A DNA stretch of 64,000 bases, from assembly GCA_965116925.1 (NCBI GenBank), contig OZ220744.1, positions 6,368,001-6,432,000 on the forward strand, given 5' to 3'. The notes beneath the pieces are model-generated. The model had not been told where the DNA came from. It did not search any database and worked only from the letters and a program-made list of their open reading frames with translations. This document shows positions 40,789-51,484 of this stretch, in pieces; the stretch's first letter is position 1; each line of letters starts with the position of its first letter. The translations under genes and the position numbers were made by a program. Source of the DNA: Candidatus Poribacteria bacterium (GTDB taxonomy: Bacteria > Poribacteria > WGA-4E > PCPOR2b).

Positions 40789-41076
40789 TATAGTGGATCT
40801 TAGAATTAATGGGACACTTCAAACGGGTGCGGTTAGGAAAACGGAACTACCGTTCTCCCGTTTGGTAGGCACTGTTTCCAACTGTGCCTATTCGGTGCGG
40901 TTGAATGAAAATTAAAAAAACAGTTCGGTAATTTGCTAGCGACGCCGGCGCGGTTTCAAACCGCGCCTACCGTATGTTTCGAGGAAAATAGGGATTACCG
41001 ATTTAAATACTTAAACTTCATCAAACCGCACCTACCGGTGGGTGAGAGTGTCTATTTATTTTTAGAATTCACTATA
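40789..41076. mobile_element. TATAG-ended MITE with a nested inverted-repeat element
   Basis: Ends TATAGTGGATCTTAGAATTAATGGGACAC / GTGTCTATTTATTTTTAGAATTCACTATA; inner 39-bp imperfect inverted repeat spanning 40894-41032. Confidence 0.8.
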
Positions 41077-41199
41077 GTTATTCGCTTGACAGCAATTTTG
41101 TCTTAGTATATTCTTTTGGTGTTCACAACTCAATTAAAAAAGGAGAGAAGCGGTTGAGTACTTAAATCTGAATTTTGAGTCTCCCGCTGCACAATTTCT

Positions 41200-42150
41200 A
41201 TGAAATTACTTGTTGCTTCATCATGGTCCCAAGAGCGACTCGAAGAGGCACAGAAAACCTTTCCCGAAGTCCAGTTCACCGTCGCTGCCGACCAAGATGA
41301 TATTCTGCGCGAAATTGTTGACGCTGAAGCTGTTTTCGGCGCAATCAATCGGGAAGCCTTTCTCGCAGCCAAACAGTTGAAGTGGATCCAAAATACAGGT
41401 GCCGGAGTAGAAAGATTGGCGAGAATCTCTGAGATAGCAGAGAGCGATGTCACTGTTACCAACACTCGTGGTTCTCACGCTGCCACAATCGCCGAGCACG
41501 GTTTTGGATTGTTGATTAGCCTTACACGCCAATTACCAAGTCTTTTGGACGCACAACGCGAACACAACTGGACACGTCCATTCAGCGGGCCTCAGGTCGG
41601 CTTGACCGGTTTGACGCTGGGAGTGGTTGGCATGGGCAATATCGGTCGTGCCATTGCTAAGCGCGGCCACGGCTTTGATATGGAGGTCATTGGGGTTGAC
41701 ATCAACGAAGTGCCCAAGCCCGATTTTGTGGCTGAACTGAGTTTGTTGGACGGACTCGACGATCTGATGCGACGTTCAGATGTCGTGGCAGTTGCCGCCC
41801 CTATCACACCAGAAACCGCCGGGATGCTCGGTCCTGAACAGCTCAGACTCATGAAGCCGACAGCCTACCTGATAGTTGTTTCGCGGGGAGGTATTATAGA
41901 CGAAGATACGCTCATGCAGATGCTGAACGATGGGCAGCTTGCCGGTGCTGGATTGGATGTTACGGCGATAGAACCGCTGCCCGAAGACAGTCCGCTTTGG
42001 GATACGCCGAACTTGCTGATAACCCCACACTGTTCTGGAGGTTCCTCCCAGACCGCTGCTGCGGGCAAAGCCATTTTTTATGACAATTTACGGCGATACC
42101 TCGCCAAAGAGCCGCTCACGAATTTGGTCGATCTGAAGCGGGGATTCTAA
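41200..42150 (+). CDS. D-2-hydroxyacid dehydrogenase
   Basis: GMGNIG, SRGG, LDVT..EPLP, TPHC. Confidence 0.92.
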   Translation: MKLLVASSWSQERLEEAQKTFPEVQFTVAADQDDILREIVDAEAVFGAINREAFLAAKQLKWIQNTGAGVERLARISEIAESDVTVTNTRGSHAATIAEHGFGLLISLTRQLPSLLDAQREHNWTRPFSGPQVGLTGLTLGVVGMGNIGRAIAKRGHGFDMEVIGVDINEVPKPDFVAELSLLDGLDDLMRRSDVVAVAAPITPETAGMLGPEQLRLMKPTAYLIVVSRGGIIDEDTLMQMLNDGQLAGAGLDVTAIEPLPEDSPLWDTPNLLITPHCSGGSSQTAAAGKAIFYDNLRRYLAKEPLTNLVDLKRGF

Positions 42151-42284
42151 AGTGAAACGTGATGCGTGAAACGTGAAAACCGTTTGTTGATGAACTCGTG
42201 AATTCGTTGGCGCAGTCGAGCTAGGAAACTCGACCTGCGGGGCTCAAAAAAGACAGCGCAACATGCAAAGAAAAACCGAGTGTT

Positions 42285-43136
42285 TTACATTAAGGCCGCA
42301 CCGGGAAATGTACCCCAAGGGACCGCTTTTGCCTCGCCCTCATAGACCGGCAGGAATTCCTGTGTGATGTGTCGCGTCTGTTCAACCCAGTCAGCCCACT
42401 CTGATCTGCTGGTGATGTGGTCGCGGATTAGTGCCTTAACTTCGGCGGGCATGTCGTCATAGGCGGGCCAATACCAGATTGTGAGCACTGTGCGGCGTTG
42501 GTCGGTCTGGTTGGCACGGGCGGAATGCAACAGACGCGAGTCGCCGACAACAACATCGCCAGCGCGAACTGGCACGTTAACCTCATCCTCAATCTGTTGG
42601 AAGGCGAGATGATCCATATCGGTTGCGCGGGTTACAGTGTCGTCGTCCCTCGGTCGCATATCGTGCAGCGCGTGGCGTTTCAGGTGAGAGCCGGGAATCA
42701 AACGCAAACAGCCGTTGTGTATATTCGTGTCGACCAAATAGTACATCAGGAAATACTGCTGCGGTTGATTGGTGTAGCTGATGGGGTGTTCCCACAACAC
42801 CCCGTCTTGGTGCCAGTATAACGGTGGGCTGTGCGGAGGCTTGCTGATCACAAAGCCGCTCCAGAATTTAGGGAAGTCAAATCCCAATTCACCGAAGACC
42901 GCCATCGCACCAGGATCAATAAGGAGTTCGGTGAAGACTGGATGGGGGCAAGTCCAGTAGGGAATGATGCACCCCTGTGAACGGTGCTGCTCAAAGTGCT
43001 CCTCATCCTGTTGCGCGATCATCCATTCGCTCATGGCATTTAGCTTTGCTACCATCTCCGGTGCTATTACATTCTCGAAGACGCAGAAACCATCCCGCAT
43101 GAGTTGATCTCGTTTCTCCTTAGCGATGATTGGCAT
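42285..43136 (-). CDS. PhyH-family dioxygenase
   Basis: WHQD, NGCLRLIPGSH, LLHSA. Confidence 0.9.
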   Translation of the reverse strand: MPIIAKEKRDQLMRDGFCVFENVIAPEMVAKLNAMSEWMIAQQDEEHFEQHRSQGCIIPYWTCPHPVFTELLIDPGAMAVFGELGFDFPKFWSGFVISKPPHSPPLYWHQDGVLWEHPISYTNQPQQYFLMYYLVDTNIHNGCLRLIPGSHLKRHALHDMRPRDDDTVTRATDMDHLAFQQIEDEVNVPVRAGDVVVGDSRLLHSARANQTDQRRTVLTIWYWPAYDDMPAEVKALIRDHITSRSEWADWVEQTRHITQEFLPVYEGEAKAVPWGTFPGAALM

Positions 43137-43175
43137 TGATGGTTCTCCTTTCGTGTTAGCAGATTCCATTTGAGT

Positions 43176-43913
43176 CTATTGGGGTTTCACCACAGCTTTC
43201 CTCGCGGTCGCCTCGGTCGTATGGTGGTTCCAACCGCGCAACACCAAATTCTCACTAAACTGGTAGAGGTCCTCCTTCCGATCCTTGCCGGAAAACATCC
43301 TCGCAATAACTACCTTCCTCGGCTTCTCAGAGCGGTTGGACTGTGAGCCGTGTACGATAAAGTAATCAAAGAAGGTAACATCACCGGGCTCGGCTTCAAT
43401 CACCGTGGCACCTTCAAATGGAAACTTTTCGTGAAATTCAGGATCAACCGCCTTTGAGCTCTCCATTCGTCCCTGTTTATGTGATCCGGGGTAGACCCTT
43501 AGACATCCTATTTCTTCAGTCGCTTCGCTGACGTGAATCATTCCGGCGATCATGGTGTTCTTTTGGGTTGGCAGGTAACTCCAGTCTTGGTGCATCTTGA
43601 AGGGGGGTTCTCCGGTTGTCTGTCGCTTCTCAAAGAGTGTCGAATGGTTGAGGACGATGTCGGGACCGATGAACTGTTCAACAATGTCGAGGAACCCTTT
43701 GTGAAGCAGGGCTGTCAGCCATAGACTAGAATACTGCTGCACATTACGCGTGGAGATGACGCCATTATGATTTGGATCGTCTTCATTGGGTTTTTCGAGT
43801 TGTCCCACAATTCGATCAAACTCGCTCTCAAGTGTGCTTATCTCATCTGCTGAGAAAACACCTTTTGCCAAGTAGTAGCCGTTCTCATCGAAAAAGGTTT
43901 GGATCTTGCTCAT
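43176..43913 (-). CDS. PhyH-family dioxygenase
   Basis: MHQD, GCLRVYPGSH, IVHGS. Confidence 0.9.
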   Translation of the reverse strand: MSKIQTFFDENGYYLAKGVFSADEISTLESEFDRIVGQLEKPNEDDPNHNGVISTRNVQQYSSLWLTALLHKGFLDIVEQFIGPDIVLNHSTLFEKRQTTGEPPFKMHQDWSYLPTQKNTMIAGMIHVSEATEEIGCLRVYPGSHKQGRMESSKAVDPEFHEKFPFEGATVIEAEPGDVTFFDYFIVHGSQSNRSEKPRKVVIARMFSGKDRKEDLYQFSENLVLRGWNHHTTEATARKAVVKPQ

Positions 43914-44291
43914 GGTCGAAGCCTCCTTGTAAACACAATCTCAACCCCTAAATTTCCCCGAAATTAATAGATCTTGCGTCCGCCTTTGAAGAGTGGTAAC
44001 ATATCTTTGCTGTGGGCAGCTGTGACCAGATAGCATACCTCTGAACTGAGGACATAGCCCCAGCGCATACTGACATGGTTAGTCAGAAAATCTTCGGTTC
44101 AAAATGCAATTATACATAGGGTAAATTACGCGGTCAAGCGAAAACGGGAAAGTGGTTCAAGCATCACTTTAAAGCAGCTGACAGCACGGCATCGTTCGCT
44201 ATAGATTAGGAAGGCGCTTCGTGCAATCATTGTGCGTATGGATTTTCGATAGTTTAGGTCAAATTGAATAGTATCTCTGAAAGGAAAACAA

Positions 44292-45272
44292 ATGCAAGGA
44301 ATCATTAGAACCGGTGACGGAGGACCGGAGGTCTTGGAATTAGGGGAGGTTGCTGCCCCCACTCCTGGAGCCACACAACTGTTGATTGACGTAAAAGCAA
44401 CCGCGCTCAATCGAGCGGATACCATACAACGGCAAGGGGGATATCCACCCCCGCCCGGCGAATCAGAAATCTTGGGCTTGGAGCTTGCCGGGGTTGTTGC
44501 AGCGTGGGGTGATGAAGTGGAAGGCTTCGAGCGAGGTGACCGCGTGTTCGGCCTGGTCGGCGGCGGTGCTTACGCAGAACAGGCGGTCATTGACTATCGC
44601 ATGGCAATGCCAATTCCTGACGATTGGAGTTTTGAGAAGGCGGCGGCGGTCACGGAGGTCTTCTTTACCGCCAATGAGACGCTCTTCACCCTCGGCGGCT
44701 TGCGTGCTGGGGAATCGGTGCTCATTCATGCCGGTGGCAGCGGTGTGGGGACGGCGGGAACGCAGATGGCGCATCATGCGGGTGCTCATGTCTTTATCAC
44801 AGCCGGTTCCGCAGAGAAAATTGAGAGAAGCAAGCAGCTCGGTTGTACAGAAGGCATCAATTATAAGAAACAGGACTTCGCGGAAGAGATTATGCGACTG
44901 ACAGATGGGGAAGGTGTGGAGTTGGTTCAAGACTTCATCGGTGCGCCGTATTTGGAACGCAATCTCTCGATTCTCAAGACGCGAGGTCGTATGGTTATGG
45001 TTGGGTTGATGGGCGGTGCCGCTGCGGAACTTAATATGAGTCAAATCATGCGGAAACGGCTACAAGTCTTCGGATCGGTGATGCGTCCGCAGTCGATTGA
45101 AGAGAAGATTGGGATTACGCAGCGTTTTGTTGACCGATGGCTTCCCCTGCTCAAAGAAGGAAAGATTCAACCGATTATTGATTGTGTGATGCCGTTATCG
45201 CAAGCTAGCGAAGCGCATGCGTATATGGAGGCGAATCGGAACTTCGGGAAGATTATCCTGAAGGTGGATTGA
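44292..45272 (+). CDS. NAD(P)H-quinone oxidoreductase (PIG3-like MDR)
   Basis: LNRAD..Q..G.YPPPPG, HAGGSGVG, NFGKI. Confidence 0.92.
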   Translation: MQGIIRTGDGGPEVLELGEVAAPTPGATQLLIDVKATALNRADTIQRQGGYPPPPGESEILGLELAGVVAAWGDEVEGFERGDRVFGLVGGGAYAEQAVIDYRMAMPIPDDWSFEKAAAVTEVFFTANETLFTLGGLRAGESVLIHAGGSGVGTAGTQMAHHAGAHVFITAGSAEKIERSKQLGCTEGINYKKQDFAEEIMRLTDGEGVELVQDFIGAPYLERNLSILKTRGRMVMVGLMGGAAAELNMSQIMRKRLQVFGSVMRPQSIEEKIGITQRFVDRWLPLLKEGKIQPIIDCVMPLSQASEAHAYMEANRNFGKIILKVD

Positions 45273-45302
45273 AGTGTCGGATAGGTGAGGGCACGACATC
45301 AT

Positions 45303-46430
45303 TCAATGACGCTGGATTGGGATGATGCGAACCGTTGCCGAGAATGTCTCATCCGGCGACAAGACAATCACCCCGGCGGGTATGCCTTTCGCTTCCAAAT
45401 TGATGGCGTCTGTTGGGCAGGTGTACGGTTCAAAACAGATAGAGGACCGTCCCGGCGGTTTATAAACGACCAATTCCCTGAATTGGTCGTCCGATTCCAA
45501 AACCGTGCCGCGTCCGGTATCTTGGTTGTCAATGATACAACGACTGATGCCATCTGTCAGCTGAACGTCTGTAAAAACGTGGTCTAGTTCCGTATTGGCA
45601 TAGGGTTGTCCATTTCGCAGATCCAACGCACCAGAAACGGGGTGTGTCGTTCCGGTTGGCACGAGTGCCTCATCAAGTTCCCAATATCTTGCGGTGGGGA
45701 CAGTAATCATCGCCTGCGTTGCATCTGAGTCTGGAGCAAGGAGAGTGTGAAAATAGGGGTGGATGCCGAAACCCATCGGCATATTACGTGCGCCTGTATT
45801 GGTGATTGAAACATCCATTTTCAGACATAGTGTTGGTATCTCAGTGGACGACGCCGGTGCACCATTTGTCGGGCTAACCGGTCCTAGGGTGTAGGTAATC
45901 TGAATCTTAAAAGGAAACGGATATTGCCGACCAATATCTGGGAAATCGCGGGTGTCAAGTGAACAGACCAGTATCGCGCCATCCCTGCCGGCGATGGAAC
46001 TTTCGACCTGATACGGTTGATTGAGCAGCAATCCATGAATAGAGGTCGGGGATTCGGGCGGTTTGTCAAATTGATAGGTTTCGCCTTCAAACGTAAACGT
46101 GCCCCCCCGGATGCGGTTTGGAAACGGAAACAAGATCGGATTGCCGTAAGCGGTAGGACGTTCTTTTAACATTGCGAGATCCGGCGGCGATTCTATTACG
46201 TCCATCCATCTATCGCCGTCGGCGACCTTAAAAAGGTAACAGTTATTTCCAAGTTCCGGCACAATTTCAGCAGCGGCGAGCCAATCCGATGGCTTGATAT
46301 CTGGATTCTCATTAAAAGTTTTAATGTTTGTCGGCGGCGAACTCAAAGCATTCGGTGTGTGTGCACTAAGGTGATAAACTCGAAAATCGTCAACGGTTCT
46401 GTAACCTTCCGTATAGCTTAGATGCTCCAT
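45303..46430 (-). CDS. Aldose 1-epimerase family protein
   Basis: PILFPFPNRI, IHG, GIHPYF, LDH, ICFEPY. Confidence 0.88.
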   Translation of the reverse strand: MEHLSYTEGYRTVDDFRVYHLSAHTPNALSSPPTNIKTFNENPDIKPSDWLAAAEIVPELGNNCYLFKVADGDRWMDVIESPPDLAMLKERPTAYGNPILFPFPNRIRGGTFTFEGETYQFDKPPESPTSIHGLLLNQPYQVESSIAGRDGAILVCSLDTRDFPDIGRQYPFPFKIQITYTLGPVSPTNGAPASSTEIPTLCLKMDVSITNTGARNMPMGFGIHPYFHTLLAPDSDATQAMITVPTARYWELDEALVPTGTTHPVSGALDLRNGQPYANTELDHVFTDVQLTDGISRCIIDNQDTGRGTVLESDDQFRELVVYKPPGRSSICFEPYTCPTDAINLEAKGIPAGVIVLSPDETFSATVRIIPIQRH

Positions 46431-46496
46431 AGTGTCACCTGTATCTGCCTATATTGGAATCGTGAAGATGAAGAAGATAAGATGAAACGCTTTCCA

Positions 46497-47531
46497 TTAT
46501 TCAGGACGCAACATCAACTTTACGCCCTCCCGTCTCTCAAAGAGATCAAATGCCTCCTGCCATTCGGAGATGTGCATTTCATGGGTGATTAACGCCTTGG
46601 TGGAAACCATGCCGTGTTCCATCAGTTTGAGTGCACGCTCCCATGCGGTCTTTTTCTGAGAGATGAAGCCCGTCACCTGAAGTTCCTTAAAGGCAATCTG
46701 TTCAAAGTCGATGTTGATTGGATTGCCGAACAAACCCATCTGCGTATATTTCCCACGTTTGCGAGTCAGTTCGATGCCTAGGGGTGCTGCCGGTGCTGCC
46801 CCTGAGCATTCCAAGACAACATCGGCACCGTAGCCGCCCGTATGTGCCTTGATGACTTCCACCGCATCTTCCTTTTCGACATCTATCGTTAGGTCTGCGC
46901 CAAGCTCAGCCGCACGTTTAAGCCGATTTGCATCAACGGATGTGCCGCACACAGCGACAATGCCCCCTTCCGCCTTCGCGATTTGCAAACTGAGCAGTCC
47001 AATGGTTCCGGGACCAGTGATCGCGACAAAGTCGCCGGCGGAGACCTTCGTCTGCTCGATTACACCGTGGACACAGCAAGCGAGCGGCTCTGTCAATGAT
47101 CCAGAGGTCAGGTCTACGTTTTCTGGAAGTTTGTGTAATCCGGTTTCGGGGGTGGTACAATATTTTGCGAACGCCCCATTATGCCAATAACCGATAATCT
47201 CCCGGTGATTGCACAGGTTATAAAATCCTGAACGGCAATAGTCGCATCGTCCACAGATCGAAAAGGTTGGCTCAACGGTCACGCGATCCCCGACCTTGAC
47301 ACGGCTAATTTCCGAACCGCACTCGATGATTGTACCGCTAAATTCGTGACCGATGACAACCGGGGGACGCATCGGGAGGTTAATGTGATCGTGATGGATG
47401 TGCAGATCTGACCCACAAATCCCCGCGCTGTGCACCTTGATGAGCACTTCGTTGGCGTTAGGCTTCCGAACATCAACATCACGGAGTTCGGTGAATCCGT
47501 CACCACGCTGATATTTAACGACGCCTTTCAT
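46497..47531 (-). CDS. Zinc-dependent polyol/alcohol dehydrogenase
   Basis: GICGSD, GHEFSG, CGRCDYC..C, GPGTIG. Confidence 0.92.
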   Translation of the reverse strand: MKGVVKYQRGDGFTELRDVDVRKPNANEVLIKVHSAGICGSDLHIHHDHINLPMRPPVVIGHEFSGTIIECGSEISRVKVGDRVTVEPTFSICGRCDYCRSGFYNLCNHREIIGYWHNGAFAKYCTTPETGLHKLPENVDLTSGSLTEPLACCVHGVIEQTKVSAGDFVAITGPGTIGLLSLQIAKAEGGIVAVCGTSVDANRLKRAAELGADLTIDVEKEDAVEVIKAHTGGYGADVVLECSGAAPAAPLGIELTRKRGKYTQMGLFGNPINIDFEQIAFKELQVTGFISQKKTAWERALKLMEHGMVSTKALITHEMHISEWQEAFDLFERREGVKLMLRPE

Positions 47532-47545
47532 CAGAACAACTCCTT

Positions 47546-48370
47546 TTATGTTTTTCGATAGATCACCGGACAGTGTGTGGGTGTATCAATGAATGCCGTT
47601 AATCCACTCCGGAGGTTGTCAACCGGTCTAGATTTTTCCGTGCGTAGATGGACTGCAAAACTCCGCCGTGGTTTCCCTGAGAGATTGGGGCCACTGCCAT
47701 GATATGTGAGATTATCGTGGAAACTAATACCGCCGGGGCAAAGAATGGCGGGGACTTCTTCCCAGCTTTCACCGTCGGGCACTTCAATCTCTTCGCGTTG
47801 TGCTTCGTGGTCTTGTCCATAGAAATCGCTATGACCGAGCAATCCCCACTTGTGCGAACCGCGGACAAATTTCATGGGTCCAGCTTCGGGGGTAACATCG
47901 CTGAGTGCAACCCATGCTGTGAGCAGTTCGCTACCTTCCTCCCACGCCTGCCAATAGTGGCGGTCCTGATGCCAGCCAATATTCGTGAATACAATTCCAT
48001 CGGGGTCAGCGGGAGGTTTATAGAGGAGTTGTACCCACCACACCTGCACCATCTCGGCCCCTGTGACTTCAGCTGCCAATTTTCCGATCGATGACTGGCT
48101 GACTAGTTCCATAATCGCACGGTTTGCAATCTGAGACATCTCTATCTTGCATAGCTTCTTTGGATCATCACCGGGATTCCAAGCCGACGGACGTGGCGGC
48201 GTGCCTGTTTCGTATTCTCCCGCTCGGACCGCATCCATGCCTTTGATGGCGCGTTGAATGACTGCGTTATCAATAACCGGCTCCGGGAAAAGATAGAACC
48301 CATCCACCTTATATTTTGCACGTGCCGTAGAGGATGTTGGCGTTTGCATCAATGTTTCCTTCCTACTCAC
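47546..48370 (-). CDS. PhyH-family dioxygenase
   Basis: WHQD, GSH, TYHGS; GTGA overlap with the upstream gene. Confidence 0.9.
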   Translation of the reverse strand: MSRKETLMQTPTSSTARAKYKVDGFYLFPEPVIDNAVIQRAIKGMDAVRAGEYETGTPPRPSAWNPGDDPKKLCKIEMSQIANRAIMELVSQSSIGKLAAEVTGAEMVQVWWVQLLYKPPADPDGIVFTNIGWHQDRHYWQAWEEGSELLTAWVALSDVTPEAGPMKFVRGSHKWGLLGHSDFYGQDHEAQREEIEVPDGESWEEVPAILCPGGISFHDNLTYHGSGPNLSGKPRRSFAVHLRTEKSRPVDNLRSGLTAFIDTPTHCPVIYRKT

Positions 48371-49197
48371 GATAGGTGAATCGACTTGAACGACTCAATT
48401 TGAGCGGTAATCGCACGTTCTGTCGGCAGACGTTCCGCACTTGATGCACCGTAGAACCCGACGACCCCAGTTGTGTTGTCGAGGATATACTGGGCATCTT
48501 CCGGCTCGGCGATGGGACCACCGTGACAAATGACCAAGATTTCAGGGTTGACCGACTTCGCTGCATCGTGGATAGCTTGCACCCGTTTGGCAGACTCTTC
48601 GAGCGTCAACGCCGTCTTTGCGCCGATACTACCCTTTGTTGTCAGTCCCATGTGGGCAACGAGGATGTCTGCGCCGGCATCTGCCATCTGTTCCGCCTCC
48701 GATTCCTTGAAGGCGTAGGGCGTTGTCAACATGCCGAGATTATGGGCGGTGCGAATCATCTCCACCTCTGGTCCATACCCCATCCCCGTTTCTTCCAGAT
48801 TTTGTCGAAATGTGCTATCAATTAAGCCCACAGTTGGGAAGTTCTGTACCCCAGAAAAGCCGATTGCGTCGATCTGTTTGAGGAATACATCCATTAGGCG
48901 AAACGGATCCGTCCCGCAGACACCTGCAAGCACGGGTATATTTTCAACAACCGGCAACACTTCGCTCGCCATCTCAACCACAATCTGGTTCGCATCACCG
49001 TAGGGCATCATCCCCGCGAGCGATCCTCGACCTGCCATACGAAAACGGCCTGAGTTATAAATCACGATGAGGTCTACACCGCCAGCCTCTTCACACTTGG
49101 CAGAGATACCGGTTCCTGCGCCTGCACCGATAATCGGTTTGCCTGCCTCAACGTTTGTGCGCAATCGGCTTAAAATATCTTCACGTTTGAATTTCAT
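48367..49197 (-). CDS. Phosphoenolpyruvate hydrolase-like / TIM-barrel signal transduction family protein
   Basis: [47 protein letters not shown]. Confidence 0.9.
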   Translation of the reverse strand: MKFKREDILSRLRTNVEAGKPIIGAGAGTGISAKCEEAGGVDLIVIYNSGRFRMAGRGSLAGMMPYGDANQIVVEMASEVLPVVENIPVLAGVCGTDPFRLMDVFLKQIDAIGFSGVQNFPTVGLIDSTFRQNLEETGMGYGPEVEMIRTAHNLGMLTTPYAFKESEAEQMADAGADILVAHMGLTTKGSIGAKTALTLEESAKRVQAIHDAAKSVNPEILVICHGGPIAEPEDAQYILDNTTGVVGFYGASSAERLPTERAITAQIESFKSIHLS

Positions 49198-49302
49198 TTG
49201 CACCTCCAAATCCATTTGGGATAAGTTACCTAGCCATTTATCGAGCGAATCCCCTTAAATTAAGCCGTGCGAGGGTTTCAAACTGTCGCACGGCGCAATA
49301 CA

Positions 49303-50298
49303 CTACACCGGAAAAACCAGTTTTTGATCAAAAAAGACCTGACTCACGGAACGTCGCTGGTGAATCCTCAGAATTGCCTCAGCGAGAAGTGGGGCGATGG
49401 ATAGGACTTGGATTTTGTTGCCAATCTGTTTCTCAGCAGGGACGGGAATCGTATTGGTGACAACAACCTCCTGAATTGAAGGGCGATTCAGACGTTCTAG
49501 CGCGGGCCCAACAAGCACCGGATGCGTAATACTAAGATACGCTGGCTTGGCACCCGCCTCGACGATGGCATCCGCCTGCTGGTAAATGCTTCCACTCGTT
49601 ACGAGATCATCAATAATAATTGGGGTTTTGTTCACAACGTCACCGATGATTTCGGTGACAACCTTCACCTCTCTCCCACCAGTTCCGCTTCGGCGTTTGT
49701 GCATGACTGCCAGTGGCATGCCGAGCATATCGACGTACTTATCCGCTAGTTTTGCCCGACCGGCGTCGGGAGACACGATTACGCCGTCTTCAATCTGCTT
49801 CTCCTTAAAGTAATCTGCCAGTGTCGGCAGTGCGGTTAGGTGATCGGTAGGGATATCGAAGAAACCTTGGATCTGTGCGGCGTGTAAATCGACAGAGACA
49901 ACCCGATTCGCACCTGCGGTTGTGAGCAGGTTTGCTACTAGTTTCGCGCTAATCGGCTCTCGTCCTGTCGATTTGTGGTCTTGTCTGGCGTAGCCGAAAT
50001 AGGGGATGACCGCAGTGATTTGTTGAGCAGAAGCGCGTTTCATCGCGTCAATTATGACCAACAACTCCATTAGACTGTCGTTTGTCGGTGGGGATGTTGG
50101 CTGCACAATATAGATGTCAGCCCCCCGGATGCTTTCTTCAACTTGAGCGTGGGTTTCATCTCCGGGAAACGTGCTGACTGACATTTTCCCCAATTCAACC
50201 CCCAGAATTGTAGCGATCTCCTTCGCCAATTCCGGATTGGCACGCCCGGCAAAAAGCTGGAAATCGTCTTGAACTTCTCCATTGGTTATTGTGGACAT
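49303..50298 (-). CDS. prs: Ribose-phosphate pyrophosphokinase
   Basis: PYFGYARQD, DLHAAQIQGFF, VSPDAG, IDDLVTSGS. Confidence 0.95.
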   Translation of the reverse strand: MSTITNGEVQDDFQLFAGRANPELAKEIATILGVELGKMSVSTFPGDETHAQVEESIRGADIYIVQPTSPPTNDSLMELLVIIDAMKRASAQQITAVIPYFGYARQDHKSTGREPISAKLVANLLTTAGANRVVSVDLHAAQIQGFFDIPTDHLTALPTLADYFKEKQIEDGVIVSPDAGRAKLADKYVDMLGMPLAVMHKRRSGTGGREVKVVTEIIGDVVNKTPIIIDDLVTSGSIYQQADAIVEAGAKPAYLSITHPVLVGPALERLNRPSIQEVVVTNTIPVPAEKQIGNKIQVLSIAPLLAEAILRIHQRRSVSQVFFDQKLVFPV

Positions 50299-50350
50299 AA
50301 GGACCTCCATAAAGCATAATACGGTAGAAACAAACACGTTATTTTTCTCA

Positions 50351-50839
50351 TCACCAGTGATTCGTAATCTCTGGTGGGAAAGCACCGGATTCAATTTCAG
50401 CAATCAAATCTTGTAGTGCGTTTCTCGCTTGATTTGCCAGATCAGTCTGGATCCAATTGTTCGCTATCGCTGACTCAAATTCATCTTCGTCTTCAACCTG
50501 ATAGCTGCCATCCGGTGAAACCCACAGATCCAAAAATAAATCGGTTATTTCAAAATGAGTGTCCAGTCGTTTCATCGGTAGGATGATGTCGCAGTAATGC
50601 CCCGTGAAATGGTCTTCAAGGTTATAGATTTTCCCAATATCATACCAGCGATTGGCGAAGACAAACCAAACTGCCCGGTAGTTATCCCCAAGAACAGTTA
50701 CGCCATCAATGATGATTGGACTGGAAGGTTTGATGCGTTGCGTGGTGACAATAACGTCGTCGTCTTCGTAAAGTAGATTTTGCGGAAAGTGGTTTACGCG
50801 ATTCGGTGGGCGTTTGTAAATCAGTTTGATTGTTTCCAT
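50351..50839 (-). CDS. DUF402 (FomD/Ntdp-like) protein
   Basis: YCDI, DLFLDLWV.PDG....DEDEF. Confidence 0.82.
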   Translation of the reverse strand: METIKLIYKRPPNRVNHFPQNLLYEDDDVIVTTQRIKPSSPIIIDGVTVLGDNYRAVWFVFANRWYDIGKIYNLEDHFTGHYCDIILPMKRLDTHFEITDLFLDLWVSPDGSYQVEDEDEFESAIANNWIQTDLANQARNALQDLIAEIESGAFPPEITNHW

Positions 50840-51459
50840 TCGCGATCTACCTCTTTCACATTCTGAATAAATGTCCTTACTTTGACCGGATCTTTTCGCC
50901 CGGGACTCGCCTCGACGCGGCTGCTGACGTCAACACCATAGGGACGCACCTGCTGGACAGCTGACCCAACGTTATCAGGATTGAGCCCACCTGCAAGAAT
51001 GATTCGACCGTACTGTTTCGCCTTTACAGCGAGACGCCAATCAAACGCCACCCCTGTTCCGCCCATTTCTCCCTTGACATAGGTATCCAGCAGATATCCA
51101 CTGACACGATAATCGGACAGATGGGAACAACTCGATTCATCTTTAACCCGTACTGCTTTGATGACCCTGCGATTGAACCCTTGACAGAATTGAGGGGATT
51201 CATCGCCGTGCAACTGTAGCGTGTCTAGATAACATTCGTCGGCGATTGACTGAATCAACTCCGGATCTGCGTTGACAAACAGTCCAACCGTTGTAATGAA
51301 AGGGGGAAGTTGTTCGATAATCTTTGTCGCAGCTTTTGTATCTTTGAGATAGCGGGGTGTATCGGGGACAAAGTTGAAGCCGAGAGCATCCGCACCCGCA
51401 TCAATTGACATCAGCGCATCGTCAATATTAGTGATTCCACAAATCTTGATTCGCGTCAA
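50821..51459 (-). CDS. trpF: Phosphoribosylanthranilate isomerase
   Basis: IKICGIT, QLHGDE, GGTG..FDW, LAGGL, GVDVSS; TTG start. Confidence 0.95.
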   Translation of the reverse strand: MTRIKICGITNIDDALMSIDAGADALGFNFVPDTPRYLKDTKAATKIIEQLPPFITTVGLFVNADPELIQSIADECYLDTLQLHGDESPQFCQGFNRRVIKAVRVKDESSCSHLSDYRVSGYLLDTYVKGEMGGTGVAFDWRLAVKAKQYGRIILAGGLNPDNVGSAVQQVRPYGVDVSSRVEASPGRKDPVKVRTFIQNVKEVDREWKQSN

Positions 51460-51484
51460 TTCGTTTCTCTCCCTTGTACCTACC

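Noticed and set aside
44463..45044. Long antisense ORFs here and opposite dnaK, E2 and the ABC genes
   Set aside because: Shadow frames of well-supported genes
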